Assembly (NCBI RefSeq): GCF_026571515.1
Contig: NW_026856822.1
Location: 1 to 64,000, forward strand
DNA length: 64,000 nucleotides
Direction: 5' to 3'
DNA from: Ruditapes philippinarum
Taxonomy: Eukaryota
Part shown: positions 40,721-52,855 of the stretch, piece after piece
Layout: each line of letters opens with the position of its first letter
Position numbering within the stretch: the first letter of the stretch is position 1
Position numbers and translations under genes: made by a program
Notes under the pieces: generated by a model
Databases searched by the model: none
What the model was told of the DNA's origin: nothing
The model's input: the letters and a program-made list of their open reading frames with translations, nothing else

Positions 40721-40885
40721 GATACATTCCTGCAAATAGATATATCATTTTAAATACATTCCTGCAAATAAAACTCTTTTATAAACTGACTAATTAGATA
40801 CATTCCTGCAAATAGAAATATCATTTTAGATACATTCCTGCAAATAAAAATATCTCTTTTAGATACATTCCTGCAAATAAAAATA
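40721..40885 (-). repeat. Five tandem copies of an ASNS splice acceptor/exon start
   Basis: ATACATTCCTGCAAATA (= TATTTGCAG|GAATGTAT) at ~40722, 40754, 40798, 40830 and 40863. Confidence 0.9.
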
Positions 40886-40997
40886 ATACCTTTCATTATT
40901 TACAATAAATTTTTTACGGACCGTTTCAAAAATTCTGATTATACTAGTATACAAATGAAATCCAAGTAAATCGTTGACCCATTTACATGTTCATAAA

Positions 40998-41175
40998 GGG
41001 GCATCCGTGACCGAGTTGGGTAAGGTCGTTGACTTCAAGCCACTTGCCCCTCATCGCTGTGGGTTCGAATCAAGCCAGGAATTCTTTCATGTGACGGTGC
41101 TTTCAAGGAAGGCTATGCCTGTTTGTGCCTGAACTAGTGCACGGATGAGCACCTGAGTTTCGTACATTACTCCAC
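40998..41175 (+). mobile_element. tRNA-derived SINE (head and partial body)
   Basis: A box GTGACCGAGTTGGGTAAGG, B box GGGTTCGAATC, then ATTCTTTCATGTGA..GTGCCTGAA..GCACGG..GCACCTGAG as in 4671-5350. Confidence 0.75.
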
Positions 41176-44100
41176 CGCATGTCTGGTGATTGCAGATTGA
41201 TAAGCCGTAACAACTGGTAATACCAATTAAACACTGACAACAAACTGTACATACACTGGCAATATTATTAATTTTGATAAGGTAATTATTCGTGTCTTAC
41301 CAACAGATGCTCTTACGGTCGTGATGTCATAACTTTCAAGATGATATATGACGTTTTCTACAGCTTCTATAACATACAGCCAAAAACCCATCTTCTGTTG
41401 TAATTCGGAAACCAGGTCTTACACCGAAGGTATCCCGGCCAAGAAATACTTTTCTGTTAGCTGTGTCCATAAGACAGAAAAAAACACCCCATCTAAATGT
41501 TTTGCTGCAAATTCTATACCATACTTGGCATAAAGATGAATAATTATTTCCCCGTCACAGGCTGTATCTTGTTTAATGTCAAATTCTTTAGCAAGCTGAA
41601 AATGTCTATAGAATTCTGATAAGGTGTACATATATTAGAATAGTAAATCAATTATTATACAAATGTATGTTACATTACTTGAAGGCCTCTGGGGATGGAT
41701 GATTAGGTTTAAAGGGGCTCCACCGGGGTCCAAAGGCCTAAAAACATTAACTTTGAAAACCTTATTAAAATCAAACGTAGCACTTGAAATGACATTATTT
41801 TCAAACGATAATAAAGAAAAATAGTCTGAATTAAATCGAAATTCGATTTTTTTGGGGGCGATCCAAGATTATATTGAGCTAAAATCATTGCAAATCTCGG
41901 AAAATATATTTCTAGTCGAAAAACCTCAGTGGAGTCCCTTTAAGGTATCTGATAAAAATACGCTTAGGATCTCACAGCTATGGGTTCAAATCTTGCCATG
42001 AACTTTCCATATTCTTTCATTTGTCATGGCAACCAGAGTTCTTCATGGAACTTAATTCTTTGAACAACTTTGGTAGAGCTTTATGTAAGAAACATCCCTG
42101 CAAAGTTTCAACAAATTTGGCCGTGTGGTTTAGGAGGAGAAGTTGTTTAAAGAAATTGTTGACGCACGGACGGACGATTGACAATGGGCCATCACAAAAG
42201 CTCACTTTGAGGACATTGTCCTTAGGTGAGCTTAAAAAGTCCATATCTGTTTTTATAATATAATTTATAAATAGCTTTTATATGGATTATCAAATCTGTG
42301 TATTCACCCTTTTTGTCATTTCCATCAGGATTATCTTGGTTTTCCAGAAAACTATTTTTAGAAGAAACTCAAGTGAATATAATATGATATTTTTTTATAA
42401 GAAAGCAAACACTACGAAATATACGTGTCCAGGGGCGTAGACAGCTTTTTTCAACTTGCAGGCCCATAGATGGGAGTATGGGGGCTTTTCTCCAAGAAGC
42501 CAAAAAAGAGCAAATTGCGCGTTCCAAAGTACGTATTTTCAAGGAAAATTATCAAAACAATCATTTCAAACTATTTTAAAGGCACACTATGCCTCAGAAA
42601 TGAATAAATTTCAACTTCTTTGTTTTAAGGCAAACATTAATTTTATAACGATTAAATAATGGTTTAAGATCATGTTACGAGATTATTATAAATTGAAAGA
42701 AATAGCGCTAAATGAGAAATTATTTGCCATTAACGTAGCAAAATGTAAACAAAGTAGTATTTTGACTTCCATACAAAATACTAAATCACTGTTACTGTAC
42801 TGTATGCCAAAACTTTCACATAGGCAAAAGATGGTTCAGGTAAATGACCAATCAGTAACCTTTTAGAAACTAAAACAGGACATCATGAATTAAAAGCTTT
42901 TGAGAAATAAAATAATAATGCATTCTGGGGCGTAATGGGCTTTTAAACTTTGAATTTTATGAGATGCAAACTTAAACAAGGACGGTATTTTTTGGGACTT
43001 TGGAAAATGTCAATTTCTTGACCAGCTTTAAGTAGAGAATTGAAAATTGAAAATTGACATTTGATAATTGATACTGTATGTACATGAAACTGTACATTTA
43101 TGCGTCATAAAAATAATGCGAGAGTCAAAAGTGGACTTTTTGTGTGCGGACAGTGGCGGATTCAGGCCCGGGCTTCAGGGCTGCAGCCCCCCCCCCCCAG
43201 CTTGACCCAAAGATATGTTTACCAGCTGGACTGGAATATATTTTTGTCAGTATCAAACTTTATTGGCTGTAGTGCCCTTATCAAAACATTAATTGCTGTC
43301 GACCAATTTCAATTTTTCAATTTTATTTACAATAACACTCAGTTTGTATAATGTACAAAAACATGAGCAAATCAAATATGTAAACATATAAAAGAAATAG
43401 GTCACTATGAAAAATAGGTATATAACATAGAGGACAACAATATAGATTTATGTTTGTAAGCTGATATATCATATTTAAAAAATATAGTTTTTAGTTTTCG
43501 TTTATTTAACAAAAAAATAATAAATAAATAATAAATAGATGTTTAGTACCGTTTGATCGAAAAGAAAAAAAAGTAGTCTAATTGCGTAAACCGTGGGAAC
43601 TGCACTCAATAACTTTTCAGTTGTTAATCTCCTGCCTATGGGCTTGGCAGAGATCTTTATCTATCAGCATGCTTGAATGACTTCGATGTTTAAACTGCAT
43701 AATTGATTGGTTTATTACTTTCCAAAGGTCTAATGAAATCAATAGTCACTGATAGCGGCAAATAGATGTGTTACAGTGTGCACCATATTTTACTATCTTT
43801 GGTTTACCAAGCCCTATTATTAAGAAATTTAAAATTATTATTTGTAAATTAAAAAGATGGCGAGTGTTATAGTGATAATATTAAAGGAATCGCGTTTTAA
43901 TCACTACCGGTAGTTTTACTAAGATTTTTATTAAGATGACATTATTGGTCATATGCTATTAATAACTTTTTATGGCAGTTATATTTTTAAATATAATTTA
44001 AATTGTACTGACCTCTTTAGTATCTAAAATAGATTCATTGATGGGAAAAATTCTTATTGAATACTAGTGTTTATTTTTTTTATTTTTTTTTTGGTACATT

Positions 44101-44944
44101 AGGAAGGCAGTATTTTAATATCACTTACAATTGAACTTTGGAAAATCGTCTAATATTCAGATGAATAAATTGATCAAGTGTTTGAATTTATTTTTATCAA
44201 CAGTTGTGCATACATTGGTAAGTGTGCTGTTATTTTGTAAATGCTCACTACTTAACACTAGGGGAATTCTTTTTGAAAGACCCTACAAACAATAACCTAT
44301 ACAAAATACATTATTTTGTAAAACCATCCAAAAGGTACAATAAACAGCACTAGAAAGTCAAGGAAATAACACCATTTTCAACCTCATATTTCAAAATTTT
44401 CTCGGTCTATGGGAGGGGACACCCCGCTCATGCCCACCCCAATTACATATATTTTTCTTAATTCCATATCAACTAAATATTTACAACTCATTTATAAGGT
44501 ATGTGCATCGCCACTCATAAGATGAGCTATAAAACACATCAATTACAATTTTTGTCACATGAACAAGATGCTGGTCCAATCTTCAATTTTAGGCCTGTTG
44601 AATTATGTTTGTCAAATTCGTCAACCCATATGTCAGCCCCCGCACCACCACCCCAGGAAACCATGTTCTGTATCCGCCCCTGCCGGAAATGACGCTTTAT
44701 GAGATAAAGTAGTTTATACTAATAAATATTATTTTGTTTTATTATGGGGGCTGTCAAGGGAGTAAGGACCAACGACTTGTCCTTGATTTAAGTACTTGTT
44801 GGTATTTTTCTTCCTTTGGACTAGTTACCCATATTTATGTTGTTTACATTCGCTATGACAGATGGTTAACCGATGGTAAACACTTGAGGCGCGCTAGACA
44901 CTTAAATTACCGTATATATTGTAAGCGATTTTGTAGTCATTTGA

Positions 44945-46097
44945 AGTATCGAGAAGTTGGCACTGACATCGAAGATCGAAGATCGAAATTCAGTTTCTAG
45001 TGAATTTCGAGCTAGCTTTGAACTTCGAGCTAGCTCGAAGATCGAAATTCAAAGTAAACAAAAGCTCAATTTCGAGCTGGAGTTGAATTTCGAGCCAGCT
45101 CAAACATCGAAATTCAAAGTTAGTTTAAGCCGGATTTCGAGCTGGAGTTGAATTTCGAGCCAGCTCGAAGATCGAAATTCAAAATTTTCAAAAGTTGAAT
45201 TTCGAGCTGGAGTTGAATTACGAGCCAGTTCGAAGATCGAAATTCAAAGTAAGCCTAAGGCGAATTTCGAGCTGAAGTTGAATTTCGAGCCAGCTCGAAG
45301 ATCGAAATTCAAAATTTTCAAAAGTTGAATTTCGAGCTGGAGTTGAATTTCGAGCCAGCTCGAAGATCGAAATTCAAAGAAAGCTTAAGGCGAATTTCGA
45401 GCTGGAGTTGAATTCCGAGCCAGCTCGAAGATCGAAATTCTAAATTTTCAAAAGAATCATTTCGAACTTGAGTTGAATTTCGAGACTGTTCGAAGATCAA
45501 AATTCAAAATGTGAAGAAAAAAAACGAATTTCGAGTTAGAATTGAATTTCGAGCAAGATCACAAATCGAAATTCTAAATTTTCAAAAGTCTAATTTCGAG
45601 CTTTAGTTGAATTTCGAGCCAGGTCGAAGATCAAAATTCAAAATTTTCAAAAGTTGAATTTCGAGTTGGAGTTGAATTTCGAGCCAGCTCGAAGATCGAA
45701 ATTCAAAATTTTCAAAACCTGAATTTCGAGCTGGAGTTGAATTTCGAGCCAGCTGAAAGATCGAAATTCAAAATTTTCTAAAACTCGAATTTTGAGCTGG
45801 AGTTGAATTTCGAGCCAGCTCGAGGATCGAAATTCAAAATTTTCAAAAGTTGAATTTCGAGCTGGGGTTGAATTTCGAGCCAGCTCGAAGATAGAAATTA
45901 AAAAATTTTTAAAAGTTGAATTTCGAGCTGGAGTTGAATTTCGAGCCAGCTCGAAGATCGAAATTCAAAATTTTCAAAAGTTGAATTTCGATCTTCGAGC
46001 TGGCTCGAAATTCAACTCCAGCTCGAAATTCAACTTTTAAAAATTTTGAATTTCGATCTTTCAGCTGGCTCGAAATTCAAATTCAAATTTTGATACT
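44945..46097. mobile_element. Foldback-like non-autonomous transposon made of ~65-bp satellite units, 9-bp TSD (Mutator-like)
   Basis: GTCATTTGA at 44936-44944 and 46098-46106; termini AGTATC...GATACT; unit GTTGAATTTCGAGCTGGAGTTGAATTTCGAGCCAGCTCGAAGATCGAAATTCAAAATTTTCAAAA. Polarity inverts at ~45975. Absent from the paralogous site near 55190. Confidence 0.8.
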
Positions 46098-46363
46098 GTC
46101 ATTTGATCAAGTATTTAATCGGAAATAGTAATTAGCATAGTATTTTTTCAACGTATGCATATTCCTAAAGAAATATATCTATATATCAAGAAGCTTTTAG
46201 CATTATTATCAGTGTCACTACATCTGCATTGCAACATATTTAGCTACGCCCCTCAAAATTTTATATCATAAAATTTTAATGACACGTGACAGTGGCACGT
46301 GCGTCATTTTAAGCTAAGTGACAATAGAATAAAGTGAAATTTTATAACATTGACTAAAAGATA

Positions 46364-47170
46364 ATGGCAGGAAATTATGATAAAGGTAAGCATTGTTTTT
46401 CAATACTAGATTTTTTAATATATATTTATTTCTTTTTATGTACAGCTATTTGCTGTAAAAAATTCTTGACCCAAGCCAATTCTAACAACTTTGATGATAT
46501 TTCAAACAGTTATACATATTAATAATTCGTGAGAAGTTCTTAGACAAATGATAAAACCTTACATTCAATGTCCTAAATAATTTCTCTTTGCTCCGGAATA
46601 AAACTAGCGACCCTTGCATGGATAACACATCTTAACATGCTTAACCGATACAATAATTATTATCTTATAAGAATTGTTTCTTTGTCTGATATTCGCGTTG
46701 ATAATATTTAATTCCGATGGCCACATAATTGATTTGAATAAATCTACAATACGGATGACTGGAATTCTCAATGATTTATATTCCGGTACATTATACTTCT
46801 TGCGTTATATTAAATTGTAAACATGTACCATCTTCATGAAAAGCATCATGTACTGCTTGTGTTTTCATACTTTTTCTTTTTTGTTAAAATGTATTTATAA
46901 GATACAATCAAAATTCTATGATACATTATTTGTAAAATGGATATCTCGTTTTATTTTCTAGATTTGGATGCGTATGAAGACTTAAAGGATGAGAATGAAC
47001 GACTACGAGCCGTTCTCTATTGTATAATGTGTAGGGAAAGACCAAAGAGCAGGGTTTTTATGCAATGTGGGCATCTTCTAATGTGTGAGAACTGTTATTA
47101 CTGTTGCAAGTACTGTCCTCTGTGTGGTGTTCGTATTGAAATGACCATCAAAATTCTTCGAGCTGCGTAA
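46364..47170 (+). CDS. RING-only IAP-like protein (C3HC4 RING), 76 aa, copy 1
   Basis: Exons 46364-46385 (ATGGCAGGAAATTATGATAAAG|GTAAGC) and 46962-47170 (TTTTCTAG|AT). Protein MAGNYDKDLDAYEDLKDENERLRAVLYCIMCRERPKSRVFMQCGHLLMCENCYYCCKYCPLCGVRIEMTIKILRAA. ENxxL helix followed by CxxC..CGH..CxxC..CPxC, as in IAP C-termini. Confidence 0.8.
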
Positions 47171-47747
47171 AATATAACAACCTATTGCTAAAACAATAAA
47201 CCAAAAAAAAAAAAAAAAAAAAAAAAAATACAGGTACATGTATATCGTTTCTTTAATATATGTTGAAATCCATCGTGAACAATTTTTATACGACAATGAA
47301 ATGACCAAATATTAAAAAGACAAATCATTATACATGTATTAGATCTGATCTTGCTGATCTTGAAACTGTGATATTTCATCTGTGATTACATTACATTTCA
47401 CTTACTGTATTGTTTAATCTTAATTAAAGTTTTTTAAAACATTTCATCTTTGTTTTGCATTGAATAATTTCTGTGAATGTTGTTTCCTGCTTTTTATACG
47501 ATCTGATTAAAGGTCTTAATTAAAAAAAAACAACAACAACAAAACAAAAAAAACAACAACAACAAAAAAAAACAACAGAGGTTTTGTTACCTGCCGCTGA
47601 CGTTGCCGTCCGCGAACTTGTATGTTGATCATAACTTTTAAGTTCTTGGTGTATTGTCTTCATACTTGCCACAACATTCCTTGTGACAAGACATTTAAGA
47701 AGACCAGACTAACCTTGACCTTCATTCATAAATGACGGCAAGAAAAC

Positions 47748-50700
47748 GTTGTGCGGCGTGCACCTGCTTTCAGATCGAGAACGTTTAGATTTATTTTTCT
47801 CTGGTATTTTAGCGGTTCCCACTGCCTACTCCCGGTTCTATAACATCCTGAACATCGTAGCTTAACATCCCAGTCTAGTTTACGTCTTGCCTACCTACCA
47901 TAAGGCTCAAGAAACGGGTTTTCATCACCCTCCTTTGTTCCTAACGTAAACAACCGGACTTCCGGTCACCATTTTTCGGACATTTCCTGATTCGGATACG
48001 GACTATAGACCACAAAGCAAAGCATCTACTTATTAGTATTTGAACCATACAACTATCTAACTTTTATTAAAACACCAGATTAAACCTGTACCTGGTCAAA
48101 AGTGACTCTTATGCAAGAATTTTCCAACTTCCAGCATATTCAATGTAAGCACTTGTAGCAAATTCGGACAAATTTATTTCGAATATGTGACTTACGTCAC
48201 CATTTTTCTCCTGACATACACGCTACTAGCTCTTAGCAGCTTCGGTCCTCCACCTTTGGGATTATCCTACGCAGAACCTACTAACTGGAACCTCCATGCC
48301 CACCAGCTTTTATTGTCAGGTGACCGTCACCCAAACCCAGGTCCTACTTACAAGGTTCCCTGTGGAATTTGTGCCAAGCCATGCAAAAGTAACCAGCACG
48401 CTGTTGCCTGTGATAGTTGTAACACATGGTACCACATTAAGTGCACCCAGATGTCTCTTGCTGTATACAACGGACTCACCCAGAACACTAGTTGGATCTA
48501 CTTTACATGTGGTATACCAAACTTCTCAACAACACTTTTTGAAACCCTGTCAGCTGACTCTATCAACACATCCATTGCAACAAACAACTCTTACAGCGTA
48601 CTGTCAGATGGCCCCCAACCCGGACTTCTCCACTCACAGTTTCTCATCAGTCAGCTCAATTGGATCTCCACAACACACCTCGTCACCTTTCAGGAAAACA
48701 AGGCAACCACACCAGGTAGCTGCAACCATCCTTCGCATCCTCGTAGTAAATTTCCAGAGTCTGAGGGCTAAACGGGCATCCTTCTGGCTGACTTTGACTG
48801 AAACCAAGCCAGACATCATCATTGGCTGTGAGACATGGCTCTACCCTGGTATCCATGAAAAGGAAGTTCTCCCAGCTGGATACTACTTCGTAGCCAGGAA
48901 AGACAGAGAGGCAAATCGTTATGGTGGTGTCATCATCGCTGCGAAAGACAACATATGCGGCACTGAACTAGACACAGAATCAACATCAGAGATAGTTGCA
49001 GCTTCCTTCAATGGTCCAAACAACAGCCAGCTTGTCATCTGTTCTACATACCGCCCACCAAGCAGCGACCTCACTTACATGGAAAACCTCTGCACAGGCA
49101 TCAAGAAACTACACACAGAGAACAAAAACGCCACCATCTGGATTGCAGGTGATATGAACCTACCAGATATTGATTGCACCTTAAACTCTGTGGTTGGGTC
49201 AAACTACCCAAAGAACATTAGCCAGTGCATGCTTGACACTATGTATGACATTTCATCTGAACAGATTGTGGATTTTACAACCAGAGGCAATAACACCCTG
49301 GACCTCTTCATAACAAATAGACCTTTTCTTATCGAACGCAGTAATGCACTCCCAGGACTCAGTGACCATGACATGATCCTTGTGCAGGCCAGGACTATAG
49401 CAGCACGAACAAAAGCACCACAGAGGAAGATACTTTTGTGGAAAAGGGCTTACCAGACCATCAGACGCTCTGCTGTACAAGTTTTCACAACCAACTTCAT
49501 ACAGGACCACTCTGCCACATCTGCTATTGACAACATGTGGACTGACTTCACATCTGCAATCTCACAGATCATAGAAACCACGGTCCCATCCAAGATGTCA
49601 ACAACTAGGCACAACCAACCTTGGATCACAGCAAAGATCAAGCGCCTTTCTAGAAAAAAGAAGAGAGCATTCAAGAAATCCCAGTGCCAAGGGACAGCAG
49701 ACGACATCAAGCGGTACAAAGACCTTCAAAGGGAGCAACACTATGAATGTCGGAAGGCAAACAAAGCTTATGTAAGAGACATGGTTACAGAAAATCCTAA
49801 GAAGCTCTACACTTTCATCAAAAGGAAGCGGTCTGACAGCACGGGAATCTCTCCACTAAAATGTGATGGTGTAACTCACAGCGACCCAAGTAAGAAGGCT
49901 ACAATATTGAACAAACAGTTCACTGGGGTGTTCACTACAGAAGACACAACAGATGTGCCAGCCATGGACGGAGAAAGATACCCAGACATGCCTCACTTCA
50001 CAGTAGGAGCTGTGGGCGTCAAGAAACTTCTCCTCAACCTGAAACCCCATAAAGCATCTGGTCCTGACAACATACCTACACAATTCCTGAAGGACTATGC
50101 CGAAGACATTACTCCGGCTCTCACCCTCTTGTTCAACGCCTCTTTACAACAAGGAACAGTACCTTCAGTCTGGAAGAAGGCAAATGTATCACCTATCTTC
50201 AAAAAAGGTGACCGTAGCAACCCTGCCAACTACAGACCCATTTCTCTCACATCAGTATGCAGCAAACTCCTAGAACACATCCTACATAGCCAAATTATGA
50301 AACACCTTGACCATCACAACATCCTTTCAGATCAACAACATGGTTTAGAAAACAACGCTCAACTGAAAGCCAGCTTCTTCTTACTCTTCAAGACCTGTCA
50401 TCAGCCCTGGATCAAGGGGAACAAGTAGACGCCATCCTACTAGACTTCAGTAAGGCGTTCGATGTTGTGCCTCACCAACGACTCCTTCTCCAAGGTGGAT
50501 CACTACGGCATCAGAGGGACAGTCAGAAGCTTGATTTGAAGTTTCCTGTCTGCCGCAGCCAGTTTGTCGTTGAAGGCCATTCATCTGCATCCTCCCCCAG
50601 TTACATCCGGTGTACCCCAGGGGACAGTACTAGGTCCTTTACTGCTCCTCCTTTACATCAATGACCTACCAAGGTGCGCGACTTCCATCAGCCGCCCTAT

Positions 50701-51633
50701 TTGCTGACGACAGCCTGATCTACAGGAAAATCAAATCAGAAGCCCTCCAGAAAGACCTAGATAGACTCGCAGGAATGGGAACGCAAGTGGGATGATGTCT
50801 TTCAATCCCAGCAAATGTGAAGTCATACACATCACCAGGAAAAGAAGCACCATCATTAATGCTTATACAAGGTCCATCAATCAACTCTTTAATCTGTCAA
50901 AAGTGGAAAAGTTACCTTGGTGTCAACATCGCAAAATAATCTTTCATGGAACATACATACAGAATCTACCATCAAAAAGGCCAAAACAACTCTCTATCAT
51001 TCATCAGAAGAAAACATCACAAGCTGCCCACAAGACATCAAGGCCCAGGCCTACAAAGACCCTTGTTAGACCAGTCCTGGAGTACGCAGGTACAGTCTGG
51101 GACCCACTCACAGCCACCAAACATCAACCAGCTTGTAGCTGTCCAATTGCGAGCTGCCGATTTGTAAAAGGCGACTACAAAACTACCAGCAGCACCACTG
51201 CAATGATCTGGATAGACCTAGACTGGCCAACTCCTACAGCATCGCCGCTCCAATGCCAAGCTAGTGATGGTCTACAGGATCACGCACAACCTCATAGCCA
51301 TCCCAGCTGCACAGTACTTCCACCCCCTGACACTTGGTGGCCATGGCTACGGATACAGATTCCATGTCCCATTCTGCAGAACAGACACCATGAAGTTCTC
51401 CTTTGTACCCTCGGCAATTCGCCTGTGGAACCAGCTTCCAGAGCACCTAGCCACAGCAGTCAACCTTGAGGCCTTCAAAGGGAGGACTAGTCATGGGGCC
51501 CTAATATGCCGGAGTCAATTTTATTTTTAACATGTTCTTCTTTTAAATCTGCACTTATTCGCCGCACAACACTTTGTACATACACCCTGTACGTCAATGC
51601 TCCACAGTGGGTTATGTACAGTATTGGAAGAAG
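47748..51633 (+). mobile_element. CR1-type non-LTR retrotransposon (2A-like motif, PHD finger, AP endonuclease, reverse transcriptase), frameshifted
   Basis: LLLSGDRHPNPGP + CGIC..CDSCNTWYHIKC; VNFQSL, GCETWL, YRPP, GDMN, LDL, SDH; [55 protein letters not shown]; (GAA)n tail. Candidate TSD AAGAAAAC at 47740-47747 and 51634-51641. Absent from the paralogous site near 56628. Confidence 0.95.
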
Positions 51634-51826
51634 AAGAAAACTTTCAATGTCATAGTTCTAAAGTTTGCTTGTTATTTGCTAATTCTCTAGTTAAAATTTG
51701 GACTTGTCCCAACTAGTGCCAATCGCTTATCCCAAATTTCAAACCGCACAGGGTAACGCCCACCGCTGTGCGTTTCAATGCCCCTATATATTTCATATTG
51801 TATCTATGGTGGCTGATTTGTTCCAT

Positions 51827-52290
51827 TCGTGTTTTCGCCCCGCGACCCCGCCAAGCGAAAAGTCGAGAATTAACAAGTTAAAATGGCGGGAGCATGGAGC
51901 AATAACACGCTAATAAGCGTGGGCGCGGATCGAAGTTTAATAAATAAAACGGCGGTTCGCGGAGCGAAAACAAGCTAATTAGCGCCTCCGCTAATTAGCG
52001 CCAACACGCTTATTAGCGGAGGCGCTAATTAGCTTGTTTTTGCTCCGCGACCACGACCACGCCAAAATAATTGACTTTTAATTATCGACTTTTCGCTTGG
52101 CCGGGTCGCGGGACGAAATCACGCTTATTATCGGGGCGCGCGGCGAAGTTTTATTTAATTAAACTTCGGCCCGAGCCCCCGCTAATTAGCGTGTTTTCGT
52201 ATCGCGACCCCGCGTTTTTTTTTGCCTTAAATCTCGCTCTGCGCACCCGCGGGGCGAAATTTTATTTAATAAACTTCGCCCCGTGTCTCT
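51827..52290. repeat. GC/CpG-rich foldback repeat (MITE-like), copy 1
   Basis: Nested inverted repeats, e.g. GCGGAGCGAAAACAAGCTAATTAGCGCCTCCGCTAAT ... ATTAGCGGAGGCGCTAATTAGCTTGTTTTTGCTCCGC. Paralog at 56818-57270. Confidence 0.75.
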
Positions 52291-52510
52291 GAAATGTGAA
52301 ATACAAGTTGTAGATCATATCTGATGGTAAACTAATGAAGCTGGTAGAATTTTACCCCTTGAAATTTTGAATTGGAAATATAGCATAATTTGTCCGTGAA
52401 TTTCGTGAAAAGTGTGCGTCTGAATCTATATTTAGAACAGTTTGCATACAAAGACCTCCCACGCACAAAATTTTTAACATTTACACTGAGCGCAAAAACT
52501 TTGTAACAAA

Positions 52511-52855
52511 ATGAGTGATATTGAATTCACAACACCAAAAAGTGACCTTATCAATAAAAAGCGGGAATTATCATCGCCACTTGACTTATTAGACTCTAAA
52601 GTAGCAGAGATAGTTCTTTCAAGTGATGACATCAAAGCAATTGCAGACGTCCTAAGGGATACGTTTAAATCAGAAGTCCCTAGTCATAGTCATGCAGACA
52701 CACACGTCCAAGCTATTGTTGATGACGTCCTTGCAGGGCTGAATGTGAAATAAAGTCTTTAGAGGCCGAAAATGACTAATTGCGAGCTCGCGTCTCCAAA
52801 CTTGAAAGCGATGCTGATGTTGCTGAGCAATATAGCCGACGAAATTGTTTACGTT
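52511..52855 (+). mobile_element. Decayed LINE ORF1 fragment (coiled coil plus EQYSRRNCLR)
   Basis: Continues past a frameshift and a stop as KSLEAEND*LRARVSKLESDADVAEQYSRRNCLR, a typical L1-like ORF1 motif in CR1/L2 elements. Confidence 0.7.

Larger units (their letters stand above)
39182..41595 (-). pseudogene. ASNS: Asparagine synthetase (glutamine-hydrolysing), disrupted/partial copy
   Basis: Minus-strand exons 41595-41301, 40729-40522, 40147-39910, 39379-39182. Motifs [86 protein letters not shown]. There is a frameshift at an A7 run (41478-41484), and EDGFLAVC is fused directly to [12 protein letters not shown] at ~41371. No MCGI N-terminal exons were found in the window. Confidence 0.88.

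Noticed and set aside
40998-41080. tRNA gene
   Set aside because: It has A and B boxes but no acceptor-stem closure, and it runs directly into a SINE body found elsewhere in the window.
24097-41595. PEP mutase + asparagine synthetase as a phosphonate biosynthetic cluster
   Set aside because: The ASNS is an ordinary metazoan type and is disrupted; no decarboxylase or transaminase gene is present.
43151-44682. Single 1.5-kb hAT element bounded by CAGTGGCGGATTCAG / CTGTATCCGCCCCTG
   Set aside because: The ends are inverted-repeat-like, but no 8-bp TSD is present, so they may belong to separate elements.
46937-46961. ORF-track start MDISFYFL for the RING proteins (also 55804)
   Set aside because: This stretch is the intron's polypyrimidine tract and acceptor; a conserved upstream exon with GTAAGC splices in phase.
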